Source: Alphaproteobacteria bacterium (lineage in GTDB: Bacteria > Pseudomonadota > Alphaproteobacteria > JABAAW01). Taken from it: 62,448 bases of DNA. Within the stretch, counting starts at the first letter, position 1. Each line of letters starts with the position of its first letter. Positions 47,942 through 57,108 of the stretch are shown piece by piece. Location: positions 1-62,448 of the forward strand of contig JABACB010000006.1 of the NCBI GenBank assembly GCA_014237925.1, in the 5' to 3' direction. The notes beneath the pieces were generated by a model, which was not told the origin of the DNA, did no database searches, and saw only the letters and a list, made by a program, of their open reading frames with translations. The translations under genes and the position numbers were made by a program.

Positions 47942-50836
47942 GTGGTAGCGCAGGCAAGTCCACGCGGCGACAAGGCTGCGCCAAGCCAAACTTCGCAGGA
48001 ACCTTCGCAGGAATCCTTGCAGGCACAGAAGGCGCAGGAACAGAAGGTGCAGGCACAGAAGGCGCAGGAACTCTCGCCGGACCTGACCCTCATCGATGCC
48101 TACGGCTATGTTTTTCGCGCCTACTACGCGCTTCCGCCGATGGCGCGCTCGGACGGCACGCCCGTAGGCGCGCTCTACGGGTTCTCGCGGATGCTCGCTC
48201 AGCTGTTGGGCGAGCGTCCGCAGCAACGTTGCCTCGTCGTCTTCGACGCTGAGGGCAAGAGCTTTCGCAACGCCATCTACCCCTCCTACAAGGCGAATCG
48301 CCGCGAGACGCCGCCAGACCTCAAGGCGCAATTTCCTCTCGTGCGCACGGCAGCCGAAGCCTTCTCCATGCCCAAGGTCGAGCAGGAAGGCTTCGAAGCC
48401 GACGACCTCATCGCCCTCTACGCTCGCTTGGCGCGCGAGAAGGGGTGGCGCGTCGAGATCTGCTCTTCCGACAAAGACCTCATGCAGCTCGTCGAAGACG
48501 GACAGATCTTCTTGCGCGACCCCGTCAAGGGAATCGTCATCGACGAGGCGAAAGTCCTGGAACGATTCGGCGTACCGCCGAACAAAGTGTGCGATGTCAT
48601 GGCGCTCGCAGGCGATCTCAGCGACAATGTCCCCGGCGTGCCTGGGATCGGGGTCAAGACCGCGGCAGAGCTCATCGTGCGATTCGGAGACTTGGAGACA
48701 TTGCTGGCAAAAACAGCAGAGATCACGCAGCCCAAGCGACGCGAAGCCTTGGAGAAGCACAAAGAGCAAGCCAGACTCAGCTACAAGCTGGTCTCGCTTG
48801 CAGACGACGCGCCTTGTCTGCTTTCTTTGGAGACGCTGGAAGCCCCGCGTCCCGAGCGTGAGAAGCTGCGCGCCTTCTTTCAAGAACAAGAGTTCCGCTC
48901 GCTGTTGCGCGACCTGGATTCACCCCGACAGCAGGGCTTGAACAGCCTGCTCGTAGTGCACGACAGCGCCAAGCAGCACGGCGACGAAGACGACTTGAGC
49001 GCGCGCCACAGCGTCGAGACCTTGAGCGAAAAAGAAGCGTTGGAAAATTTTTGCAGCACCGCGCGAGAGCAAGGCTATACGGCGATCGACATCGAGACGA
49101 CGGGGCTGAATGTGGTTGCAGCTGAGCTTGTCGGCGTTGCTCTGTGTGTCGGTTTTCGCGCTGCCTATCTGCCCTTGGCGCACCGCGATGCGGAAGGAGA
49201 ACTGCTCGAAAAGCAGATCGCACTTGCCGAGGCATTGGCGATCTTGAAGCCCTTGTTGGACGATCGCGCAACGCTCAAGGTGGGACACAATCTGAAGTAC
49301 GACGCGGCGATCTTGCAAAAATACGGCGTGGACCTCGCGCCTTGCGACGACACGCTTCTGATGTCGGCGGTGCTTGACGGCGGCAAGCACGGACACGGCT
49401 TGAAAGAGCTGGCAGAAAAGCATTTGCACCATCGCATGACGCCCTACAAGGAGGTCGTCGGCATAGGGCGCAAGGCGGTTTCTTTCGATCGCGTCTCGAT
49501 CGAGGCAGCGAGCGCTTACGCCGCAGAGGACGCTTGGGCAACGCTACGTTTGCACGAACAATTCTCGCCGCGTCTGCTGCGCGAAGGCGGCAAGCAGGTC
49601 TACGAGACTTTGGAGCGTCCGTTGATTCCTGTCATCGTCGCCATGGAACGCTGCGGCGTGCGCATCGATGTGGGTGTCTTGCAAGCCTTGAGCGTACGCT
49701 TCGAACGCCAGGCGGCGGCGTTGGAGAAACAGATCGTCGAACTGGCGGGAGGAGATTTCTTGATCTCGTCGCCGAAGCAGCTGGGCGAAGTGTTGTTCGA
49801 GCGTCTCAACTTGAGGGGGGGCAAGAAGACGCCGAGCGGGCAGTATGCAACCGACAGCCGAATCTTGGAGGGCTTGGCAGCCGAAGGACACGAGATTGCA
49901 GAGCTTGTCCTGCGATGGCGCCACCTATCGAAGTTGCGCTCCACTTACACCGAGGCGCTGCCGCGCGAGGTGCAAGCGGCGACAGGACGCATCCACACCT
50001 CCTTTTCCTTGAGCGGCGCGCAGACGGGGCGACTCGCTTCGTCCGAGCCAAACTTGCAAAACATTCCCGTGCGCAACGAGGAAGGACGCGGCATCCGCAG
50101 CGCCTTCGTCGCAGCGAAGGGCTTCGCGCTGGTCTCGTTGGACTATTCGCAGATAGAGCTGCGACTCGTCGCTGCCATCGCCTCCGTCGAAGGCATGCTG
50201 GAAAGCTTCGCACAAGGGCGCGACATTCATCAGGCGACCGCACAAGAGATGTTTGGCGCAACATCGAAAGACGAACAAGACGCCAAGGAACAACGCCGTG
50301 CAGCGAAGGCGGTCAACTTCGGATTGCTCTACGGCATCTCGCGCTTCGGCTTGTCGAAGCAGCTGGGGGTGAGCGAGGCGGAAGCGCAGGATTTGATCAA
50401 CCTCTACTTCGCGCGCTACCCCCAGCTCAGAGACTATCGATCGAGCACGATCGCTTCCTGTCGCACGCGAGGCTATGTCGAGACGCTTTTCGGAAGAAAA
50501 ATTCACCTCCCCCTGATCGCCGAGCGTAAGCAGAACTTGCGCTTGCACGCCGAGCGCCAGGCGATCAACGCGCCGATACAGGGGACGGCGGCGGACATCG
50601 TCAAGCAGGCGATGATTCGCATCCACCGCGCCTTAAAAGACAAGACGCACGCGCTGGCTGGCACGCGCATGCTCTTGCAAGTCCACGACGAGATCGTCTT
50701 GGAGGCACCCTTGGAACAAGCGGAATCGAGCGCGCGTGCTGCACAAGAGATCATGCGACAAGCCGCCGCGCCACAACAACAGCTGTCGGTTGCGTTGGAG
50801 GTCGACTATCGCATCGGCGAAAACTGGGCTGTCTGA
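47942..50836 (+). CDS. polA: DNA polymerase I
   Basis: 5'-3' exonuclease (YKANR, EADD, GD.SDN.PG.PGIG.KTA), ExoI-III (DIETT, HNLKYD, YAAED) and polymerase motifs DYSQIELR, K.VNFG..YG, QVHDE. Confidence 0.98.
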   Translation: MVAQASPRGDKAAPSQTSQEPSQESLQAQKAQEQKVQAQKAQELSPDLTLIDAYGYVFRAYYALPPMARSDGTPVGALYGFSRMLAQLLGERPQQRCLVVFDAEGKSFRNAIYPSYKANRRETPPDLKAQFPLVRTAAEAFSMPKVEQEGFEADDLIALYARLAREKGWRVEICSSDKDLMQLVEDGQIFLRDPVKGIVIDEAKVLERFGVPPNKVCDVMALAGDLSDNVPGVPGIGVKTAAELIVRFGDLETLLAKTAEITQPKRREALEKHKEQARLSYKLVSLADDAPCLLSLETLEAPRPEREKLRAFFQEQEFRSLLRDLDSPRQQGLNSLLVVHDSAKQHGDEDDLSARHSVETLSEKEALENFCSTAREQGYTAIDIETTGLNVVAAELVGVALCVGFRAAYLPLAHRDAEGELLEKQIALAEALAILKPLLDDRATLKVGHNLKYDAAILQKYGVDLAPCDDTLLMSAVLDGGKHGHGLKELAEKHLHHRMTPYKEVVGIGRKAVSFDRVSIEAASAYAAEDAWATLRLHEQFSPRLLREGGKQVYETLERPLIPVIVAMERCGVRIDVGVLQALSVRFERQAAALEKQIVELAGGDFLISSPKQLGEVLFERLNLRGGKKTPSGQYATDSRILEGLAAEGHEIAELVLRWRHLSKLRSTYTEALPREVQAATGRIHTSFSLSGAQTGRLASSEPNLQNIPVRNEEGRGIRSAFVAAKGFALVSLDYSQIELRLVAAIASVEGMLESFAQGRDIHQATAQEMFGATSKDEQDAKEQRRAAKAVNFGLLYGISRFGLSKQLGVSEAEAQDLINLYFARYPQLRDYRSSTIASCRTRGYVETLFGRKIHLPLIAERKQNLRLHAERQAINAPIQGTAADIVKQAMIRIHRALKDKTHALAGTRMLLQVHDEIVLEAPLEQAESSARAAQEIMRQAAAPQQQLSVALEVDYRIGENWAV

Positions 50837-50964
50837 CGAGAACTGAGCTGTCTGACGAGAACCGCAGAGCGCATCACTCGTCAGATTTTGCCGTCAGATT
50901 TTGCCGTGGGCTCTTGTCTTCATGTCTCTTGTCTTCATGTCTCTTGTCTTCATGTCTCTTGTCT

Positions 50965-53556
50965 TTAGGTTTTTTCTTCGTCTTCCGCAAGAGGAGGGGG
51001 GGTGATCACAGAGGAAGTTTCGCTCGATTCTGTCGTCGCCTCTTCTGTTGTCGTCTCTCTTGTCGTCGCTTCTTCTGCGGTCTCTGTTGACGCTGCGGAG
51101 GGGGAAAAGAAGTTCTCGGCTCCGACGAGCGTGTTTGTCGCTTCATCGTTCTCTTGGTCTGCTTCTTGTGCGGTCTCCTTGATTTCCTCTTCTAGGCTTG
51201 CAGGAGCGGGGGAGGAGGGGAGAGGGTAGCCTGTCTCAAAGGTTGCGTGCGCTGTCTCCGCCACTTCGTCGAGCTTCGCGCTTTGTTCTTTCAGCTTGGC
51301 GATCTTCTCTTGCAACGACGCTTGTCCTTGCTCGGCGGCGGCGGCGAGCGAGACGATGCCATCGTCCGAAAAGGGAGCAGAAGAGGGATCAGAAGCGATG
51401 CCAGAAACGATTCCCTCGTCTCCTATTTCTGCGTCTCCTATTTCTGCGTCTCCTATTTCTGCGTCTCCTATTTTTGCATCTCCCATCGTTTCGGTCATGA
51501 TTTCTGTCTCTGTCTTCTCGTCTTCCCACGCCATCGGCGCACGATCCATCGGCGCACGATCGAAGGGGGAGGGGGACAAGGGATCGTCCGCCAGCGCAGA
51601 GGAGGGAGCGGTCGCAGGCTTTTCGAGCGTCTCGTCGAGTTGCGCCGTCTGTTCTTTGAGCTTGGCGATCTTTTTCTCCAGCGAATCTTCCTCCGCCGTC
51701 AGCGCCGCCACGGCGGGCATCTCAGGCATGGAGGAAAGAATTGGAGGAAGGGGGGCGGCGGAGAAGGGCGACTCTGAGCTTGCCTCCGCCAATGCTTGCC
51801 CTTGTCTTTCCTCCTGCGTCTCCGCTTGCGCCTCTGCTTGCATCTCTGCTTGCGCCTCTGCTTGCGTCTCTGCTTGCGTCTCTGCTTGCGTCTCTGCTTG
51901 CGTCTCTGCTTGCATCTCTTGCTCCCCCAAGCCGTTCCTCCCTTCTTCTGTCGGGGCTTCTGTTGCAGCGCTGCTCGTCTCCGTTGCGCTTTGTTCCGAA
52001 AGTGCATCTTTTTGAGGCACTTCTTCCTGGAGCGTTGTCGGCGCAACGGCGGCGGTCGTCGCAGCGGCTGCAGTGGCTGTGCCGCCTCCCTCTTCGCTCG
52101 GCACTGCCGCATCCGAATCGAGAGACTCTTTCAAGCGCGCAACGACGATGCTCTCCAGCGCATCCACATCGGCAGGGATCGTCTCAAACGCCTCCGCCCT
52201 CGTCTCCAGCTCGGCAAGCCTCAAGGGAATGTGCGGTCTCGTGCCGATGGCGCGCTCTAGCGTCTCAGGAAACTTCGCCGCAGAGGCGGTCGCAAAGACA
52301 ACGGTGCTACAATCGTGCGCCGTGCGTTTGTTCGCGTTGCCGCTTGAGCCGCTGCGTGCGTCTTTGGCAGCGTTGAGCGCGATGGCAGAATGCGGATCAA
52401 GAGGCTCGCCTACGCTGTTGTAGGCTTGGCTCATGGCTTCGAGAATCTGCTCGTCGTCGAAACGTTGCGTGCGGAAAAATCGAAAGATCTCCGAGCGCAT
52501 CGCACCCTTCGGCACGCGGAGCGTCCCGCTTTCTTCCGCCTGCTCGCGCATCTTTTTCCATTTGCGCACGCTCTCATTGAGGCTACGGAAGAGCAGTCGC
52601 TCGATGTTGTTCGGCGTCATAATGTCGATGCTGGGGGCGAGGCTAGGCACGACCTCACCGCTTGCCGCCGAGCCGTGTTGAAAGAGGTTATGCAGGAAAT
52701 CGTTGTGGCTAACAGCGAGCGTCAGCCCTTCGATGTTCGCGCCCAATTTCTTCGCAACATAGCCGGCATAGGCGTTGCCGAAGTTGCCGCAGGCGAGCGC
52801 GAAGCGCACCGATTGGGTACGGGGAATCCGTTGCGCCGCGTAGAGGTAGACGGCGCTTTGGACGGCGATACGAATCCAGTTGAACGAGTTGACCGAAGAA
52901 ATCTGTCCGCGTGCTTGAATCGCTTCCGATTGCGCAACCGCCTTGACCAAACGCAGACAATCGTCGTAGCTGCCTTCGACGGCGATGTTGCAGATGTGCG
53001 GCGCTTGGACGCAAGTCATCTGCTTGCGTTGCAGGGCGGAGATGCGGTCTTTCGGATGCAGCATGAACAGTCGAACGCCGCGAACGGATTTCAGCGCCTC
53101 GATGGCAGCTGAGCCCGTATCGCCTGAAGTTGCGCCGATCATGATCAGCAGACGCTTCCTCTCTGTCGCAAGGGCTTCGAGAAGCTGTCCGTAGAACTGC
53201 AGCGGGATGTCCTTGAAGGAGAGCGTCGGTCCGTGAAAAAGCTCGAGCAACCAAAGGTTGCGCTCCACCTCGCGCAAAGGAACGACGGCGCGGCTGTGGA
53301 AAGGTTCGAAGGCTTTGTGAGCAATCTTCGTGAAATCAAGATGCGGCAGAACGCGTCGTCCGGCGAAAAGCCCCACCACAGCTCCTACGATCTGCGGGAA
53401 AGTAGGGTTCTTGGCAAGGAAGTCGCGCAAACGACGCTTGCGCGGCCAGCTCGTAGGCTCGTACAGACCGCCGTCAGCCGCAAGCCCGCCGCTGAAAATA
53501 TCCGCAAATGTCCGCTTCTCGCCCCCGCGAGTCGATCGGTAGTGCATGGTGTTCAT
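50965..53556 (-). CDS. thrC: Threonine synthase with ~390 aa acidic low-complexity C-terminal extension
   Basis: Y.STRG, GLA.DGGLY, ELFHGPTLSFKD (PLP lysine), ATSGDTGSAA, Q..QM, GNFGN and DPH.A motifs. Confidence 0.92.
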   Translation of the reverse strand: MNTMHYRSTRGGEKRTFADIFSGGLAADGGLYEPTSWPRKRRLRDFLAKNPTFPQIVGAVVGLFAGRRVLPHLDFTKIAHKAFEPFHSRAVVPLREVERNLWLLELFHGPTLSFKDIPLQFYGQLLEALATERKRLLIMIGATSGDTGSAAIEALKSVRGVRLFMLHPKDRISALQRKQMTCVQAPHICNIAVEGSYDDCLRLVKAVAQSEAIQARGQISSVNSFNWIRIAVQSAVYLYAAQRIPRTQSVRFALACGNFGNAYAGYVAKKLGANIEGLTLAVSHNDFLHNLFQHGSAASGEVVPSLAPSIDIMTPNNIERLLFRSLNESVRKWKKMREQAEESGTLRVPKGAMRSEIFRFFRTQRFDDEQILEAMSQAYNSVGEPLDPHSAIALNAAKDARSGSSGNANKRTAHDCSTVVFATASAAKFPETLERAIGTRPHIPLRLAELETRAEAFETIPADVDALESIVVARLKESLDSDAAVPSEEGGGTATAAAATTAAVAPTTLQEEVPQKDALSEQSATETSSAATEAPTEEGRNGLGEQEMQAETQAETQAETQAETQAEAQAEMQAEAQAETQEERQGQALAEASSESPFSAAPLPPILSSMPEMPAVAALTAEEDSLEKKIAKLKEQTAQLDETLEKPATAPSSALADDPLSPSPFDRAPMDRAPMAWEDEKTETEIMTETMGDAKIGDAEIGDAEIGDAEIGDEGIVSGIASDPSSAPFSDDGIVSLAAAAEQGQASLQEKIAKLKEQSAKLDEVAETAHATFETGYPLPSSPAPASLEEEIKETAQEADQENDEATNTLVGAENFFSPSAASTETAEEATTRETTTEEATTESSETSSVITPPPLAEDEEKT
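51418..51485. repeat. 15 bp tandem repeat encoding (GDAEI)n
   Basis: In frame in the ThrC tail. Confidence 0.9.
51815..51918. repeat. 12 bp tandem repeat x8 encoding (QAET)n
   Basis: In frame in the ThrC tail. Confidence 0.95.
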
Positions 53557-53575
53557 GTCATGCTGTGCGCTCGTC

Positions 53576-54757
53576 TCAAAGTGCTCGCTCGAGGTCGCTC
53601 GCTTCAGGATGCTCCGCTTGGCTCACGCCGCTGCTCGCAGCAAGGTTTGCAGCAAGGTTTGCACCTCTGTTAGCACCTCTCGCGTTCGCTCCTCCGACTT
53701 GTCCTTTTGTCTGTCCGTCCTCTTGCATTCTACCTTTTTGCATGGCGCGACGCAACACCAGCAAATCGTGCCACGCCGCAGCCTTCTTTGCAGGCGTGCG
53801 CAAAAGATAAGAAGGGTGGAACGAAGGCAGAGCGGTTGTAGGGATGCCTGCCAGCGTGATCGGAAAGAATTGTCCGCGCAACTTCGTGATTCCTCTTCGT
53901 TCGCCCAAGACATTTTGCATCGCAACATTGCCGAGCAAAAAAAGCCAGCGTGGTTTCACAAGCGCCATGTGGCGCAGAAAGAAGGGATAGCAGACGGCGA
54001 TCTCGTCGCTGTCCGGCTGACGATTGCCCGGCGGTCGCCAGTAGACCAAATTGGTGATGCGATACTGCTCGCGGCTTTCGATGCCGATCGTGCTTAGCAT
54101 ACGAGCAAGCAGCAGCCCGCTTTCGCCGACGAAGGGTTTTCCTTGTTCGTCTTCCGCGCGCCCAGGCGCTTCGCCGACGATCACGAGCTCTGCTTCAGGA
54201 TTTCCTTCGGCGAAGACGGTGTTGCGCGCAGCTTTTTTCAACGGACAGAGATCGAAGGATCGGATCGCTTGCTCGAGCTCTTCGAGCGTGTCGCACGACG
54301 AGGCGACCTTGCGCGCCTCCACGACAGCATCAACGGGCGCAAGCAACGAGGGTTTACTCTGCGAGGGTTTACTCTGCGAGGGTTTCCTCTGCGTTGCCAC
54401 AGCTTCTGACATCATCCTTGGCATATCTCTTGGCATAGCCCTTGGCGCAACGCCCTCTGCGAGATTGGGCGGCGGCGAAGTTTGAGACAGCGAGGTTTGA
54501 GACAGCGAGGCTGGAGAAGAGAGAGAGTCCAGCACGCTGCGCACAAGGCTTTCCGCTTGAACCCATCCCTGCGTCTCCCCTTGTCTTTTCCCCTGTCTTT
54601 CCCCTTGTTCCTGCGCGCCATCGCTTGCAAGCCAGCCGTCGCATCCCGCCTCATACTGCCATTCGAGGCAGGCAAGAAGGATCGCGCGCTCTTCCGCCGT
54701 GTTCGCCCCCGCGTTCGCCCCCGTGTTCGCCCCCGCGTTCGCCCCCGTGTTCGCCAT
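53576..54757 (-). CDS. Uracil-DNA glycosylase, family 4
   Basis: GEAPG..ED..G.PFVG.SG.LL, N...WRPPGNR.P and HPSYLLR motifs; alphaproteobacterial L.W....G.D N-terminus; ATG 54757. Confidence 0.92.
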   Translation of the reverse strand: MANTGANAGANTGANAGANTAEERAILLACLEWQYEAGCDGWLASDGAQEQGERQGKRQGETQGWVQAESLVRSVLDSLSSPASLSQTSLSQTSPPPNLAEGVAPRAMPRDMPRMMSEAVATQRKPSQSKPSQSKPSLLAPVDAVVEARKVASSCDTLEELEQAIRSFDLCPLKKAARNTVFAEGNPEAELVIVGEAPGRAEDEQGKPFVGESGLLLARMLSTIGIESREQYRITNLVYWRPPGNRQPDSDEIAVCYPFFLRHMALVKPRWLFLLGNVAMQNVLGERRGITKLRGQFFPITLAGIPTTALPSFHPSYLLRTPAKKAAAWHDLLVLRRAMQKGRMQEDGQTKGQVGGANARGANRGANLAANLAASSGVSQAEHPEASDLERAL

Positions 54758-54774
54758 GGTTGTTGCGCCCTCTG

Positions 54775-55938
54775 TCACGGATTTTTCGCAAACCACGCGT
54801 CGATACGGAGCAAGGCTTCGTCGATCTGCTCGTCCGCAGCGGCGCAAGAAAGACGGATATGATGCTCCCCAGTCCGTCCGAAGCCGATCCCTGCAACGAC
54901 GGCAAGGTCGATCTCCTCCAGCCATCGTTTTTGCACGACGCTGCCCGTAAGCCCTCTGCCCGCAAGCGAAGGATAGACATAGAACGCGCCGCGCGGCGGC
55001 ACGCACACGACGCCTTCGATGGCATTCATCGCCTCCGTGATCTTGCGCGCTCGCCGAGCGAAATTTTTGCGCATGCTCACGACAGATGCCTTGTCTCCCG
55101 CAAGCGCTGCGATGGCGGCATCTTGCAGGGGCGTTGCAGGACACGAGTAGCTGTTGACGGCGAGCGAAAAAACCTTCGCCACAAACTCCTTCGGCCAGAC
55201 AGACCATCCCAGCCGCCAGCCCGTCATGGCGAAGCTCTTCGACCAGCCGTGCACAAGAATCGTGCGCTCGCCCAAGCTCTTGCAGTGCAGCGCAGAGGCA
55301 TGGCGTTCTCGCTCGTCGAACAAGAAGTCGCTGTAGATCTCGTCCGACAGCAATGTGAGCTGCGGAAAATCCTGTACAAGCTCTTCGATCTCCTGCCAAT
55401 CGTGCGCGCGCATGACGCTGCCCGTCGGATTGTGCGGCGAGTTCACAATCAGCAGCCGACTGTTGTTCGTCAGCAAGGGGCGGAGGTCGCTTGCGCGCAT
55501 GACAAAGTCATTCTCTTCCTTCAGAGGAACGGGAATGCCTTTCGCACCGCTGGCGCGTGCCATCGAGGCGTAGATCGGAAAACCGGGATCGGGGTAGAGC
55601 ACTTCCGCTCCTTCGCCGCCGCAGATCAGCAGCGCCCAGCAGATCGCCATCTTGCCGCCGGGGGTGATGACGACATTCTCCGCATCTACCGTTGTTCCGA
55701 AACTTTTTTGCACATAGGCAGCGACGCTCGTGCGCAGCTCGGGGATTCCGAGCGGAGGCGTGTAGCCGTGCTTGCCGCAGCGGAGTGCCTCGATGGCAGC
55801 CTCGCAGATGTGCGCGGGTGTCGGAGCATCGGGCTGTCCGACACCGAGGTTGATGACAGGACGCCCTTGTCGTTGCAACGCGACCGCTTGCGCCAGAACT
55901 TCCAGCGCGCTTTCGTTTTCAAGAAGGTCTAAGAACAT
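54775..55938 (-). CDS. PLP-dependent class I/II (aspartate-type) aminotransferase
   Basis: NLG.GQPD, GYT...GI.ELR, NSP.NPTG, SDEIY and SKSFAMTGWRLG motifs. Confidence 0.93.
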   Translation of the reverse strand: MFLDLLENESALEVLAQAVALQRQGRPVINLGVGQPDAPTPAHICEAAIEALRCGKHGYTPPLGIPELRTSVAAYVQKSFGTTVDAENVVITPGGKMAICWALLICGGEGAEVLYPDPGFPIYASMARASGAKGIPVPLKEENDFVMRASDLRPLLTNNSRLLIVNSPHNPTGSVMRAHDWQEIEELVQDFPQLTLLSDEIYSDFLFDERERHASALHCKSLGERTILVHGWSKSFAMTGWRLGWSVWPKEFVAKVFSLAVNSYSCPATPLQDAAIAALAGDKASVVSMRKNFARRARKITEAMNAIEGVVCVPPRGAFYVYPSLAGRGLTGSVVQKRWLEEIDLAVVAGIGFGRTGEHHIRLSCAAADEQIDEALLRIDAWFAKNP

Positions 55939-55993
55939 GATGGCAACGCGTATCAGCTCTTTGCAACAACCGCAACGATAGATTTTTTTCGCA

Positions 55994-56284
55994 TCATCCG
56001 CGTTTTCCTTTGAGGAAACAAGACAAGTCTTCCTCTGTCAAGCCTGCGGTTTTCAAGTTGTTTTTGACGATCCTTCCTTTGATTCTATGCTCTCTAGGAT
56101 GAGGCACAGGGAGAGGACGTGATACGCCCTGTTTTGACAGCATCGCGTGACTTCCTGTCGTCCTTGTCTGTTTGAAGCCGTGTGCTTCCAAAAACCTAAT
56201 GAGGTCACGCGAACGAACTGCCCCCGACTTTCTATGCGTCTTGCTGCCTGTCGCCCGTTGCCGAGGAGGTTTTGCGATGCTCAA
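55994..56284 (-). CDS. hicA: HicA-family toxin
   Basis: LI.FLE.HGF...R..GSH...(K)......VPHP.......V...LK.AG motif. Confidence 0.85.
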   Translation of the reverse strand: MSIAKPPRQRATGSKTHRKSGAVRSRDLIRFLEAHGFKQTRTTGSHAMLSKQGVSRPLPVPHPREHRIKGRIVKNNLKTAGLTEEDLSCFLKGKRG

Positions 56285-56751
56285 GCGACAACGGCTGCGT
56301 CGGAAAAGATTTGCGTCGTCACCCCGTGCATCGTCTCGTATTGGGAGGAAGATTTTTTAGGAGGCTTATGCATTTCTCGAAAGCCGCAATCCTCCAGAAC
56401 GGCATCGAGCGTCTCTCGCTCGGCACAAGATTCCAAGAAAAGTGCGACGGCTTCTCGAATGTTTGCGCGCGCTTTCTGCTCGTCGTCGCCGCAACTGACG
56501 ACATCCAGCGCAGGGCATTCTCCGATGATGTCCCCCTCGTCCTCGCAGACCTTTATTTTCAGATCGAAGACAACTAAAGGAATAGCCCGCTTCTTCTTTT
56601 TTTCTTTCACAGGAGACATCACAACGACAAACTGCTCGCCCTTCTTCCAAATCGCCACCGAATCCAAATGATCAGGAGGAAGGGAGGAAGGGAAGTTCTG
56701 GATATTCGAGGAGGGAAAGTTCTGTCTGTTCATGGCGATCCCAAAACACAA
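56281..56751 (-). CDS. hicB: HicB-family antitoxin (short); start probably downstream of 56751
   Basis: CPALDVVSCGD...A..NI.EA..LFLE motif; ATGA overlap with hicA. Confidence 0.85.
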   Translation of the reverse strand: MCFGIAMNRQNFPSSNIQNFPSSLPPDHLDSVAIWKKGEQFVVVMSPVKEKKKKRAIPLVVFDLKIKVCEDEGDIIGECPALDVVSCGDDEQKARANIREAVALFLESCAERETLDAVLEDCGFREMHKPPKKSSSQYETMHGVTTQIFSDAAVVA

Positions 56752-57036
56752 GGGTTAAAAAACAGCGACAAAAGCTTCAAGCCAAAGAGCTTCGAGCTAA
56801 AGCCTGCGCTTATCGTAGTCGCATCGAGACAGAAAAGCAAGCAAAAGCTTCAAACCAAAGTTCACGCCTATGACAATCGCTTGAAGGTATCAAAGCAAGC
56901 AAAAGCTTCAAACACAAAGTTTTCGCTCCTAGCGATCGACGGGAAGGGAAAAAGCAAAAAACAGCGTCGCTTTTCACGCTGTTTTTTGCGCGAGTATCGA
57001 AGATTCTTCTGCTCTCCGCCTCTTGTGGCAAGACTC

Positions 57037-57052
57037 TGGCATAGATTTTGCA
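57037..57052 (+). promoter_or_regulatory. Sigma-54 promoter of the flgI operon
   Basis: TGGCAT-AGATT-TTGCA (GG-N10-GC); flgI is a sigma-54 class III gene in Caulobacter. Confidence 0.7.
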
Positions 57053-57108
57053 TCCCTCCTCGCAGACACTCCCTCTTGCTCGCTTCCTCTGGCTCCGCCT
57101 TGACTCCT

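Noticed and set aside
53576-55399. Apparent 607 aa UDG fusion, and similarly extended ORFs for lolD, prmC, flgI, degP and dnaX
   Set aside because: The extensions overlap neighbouring genes, RNAs or repeats; downstream starts fit the families
56769-56960. Mini-CRISPR (22 bp repeat with 36 bp spacer)
   Set aside because: The intervening sequences resemble each other, indicating a decayed tandem duplication
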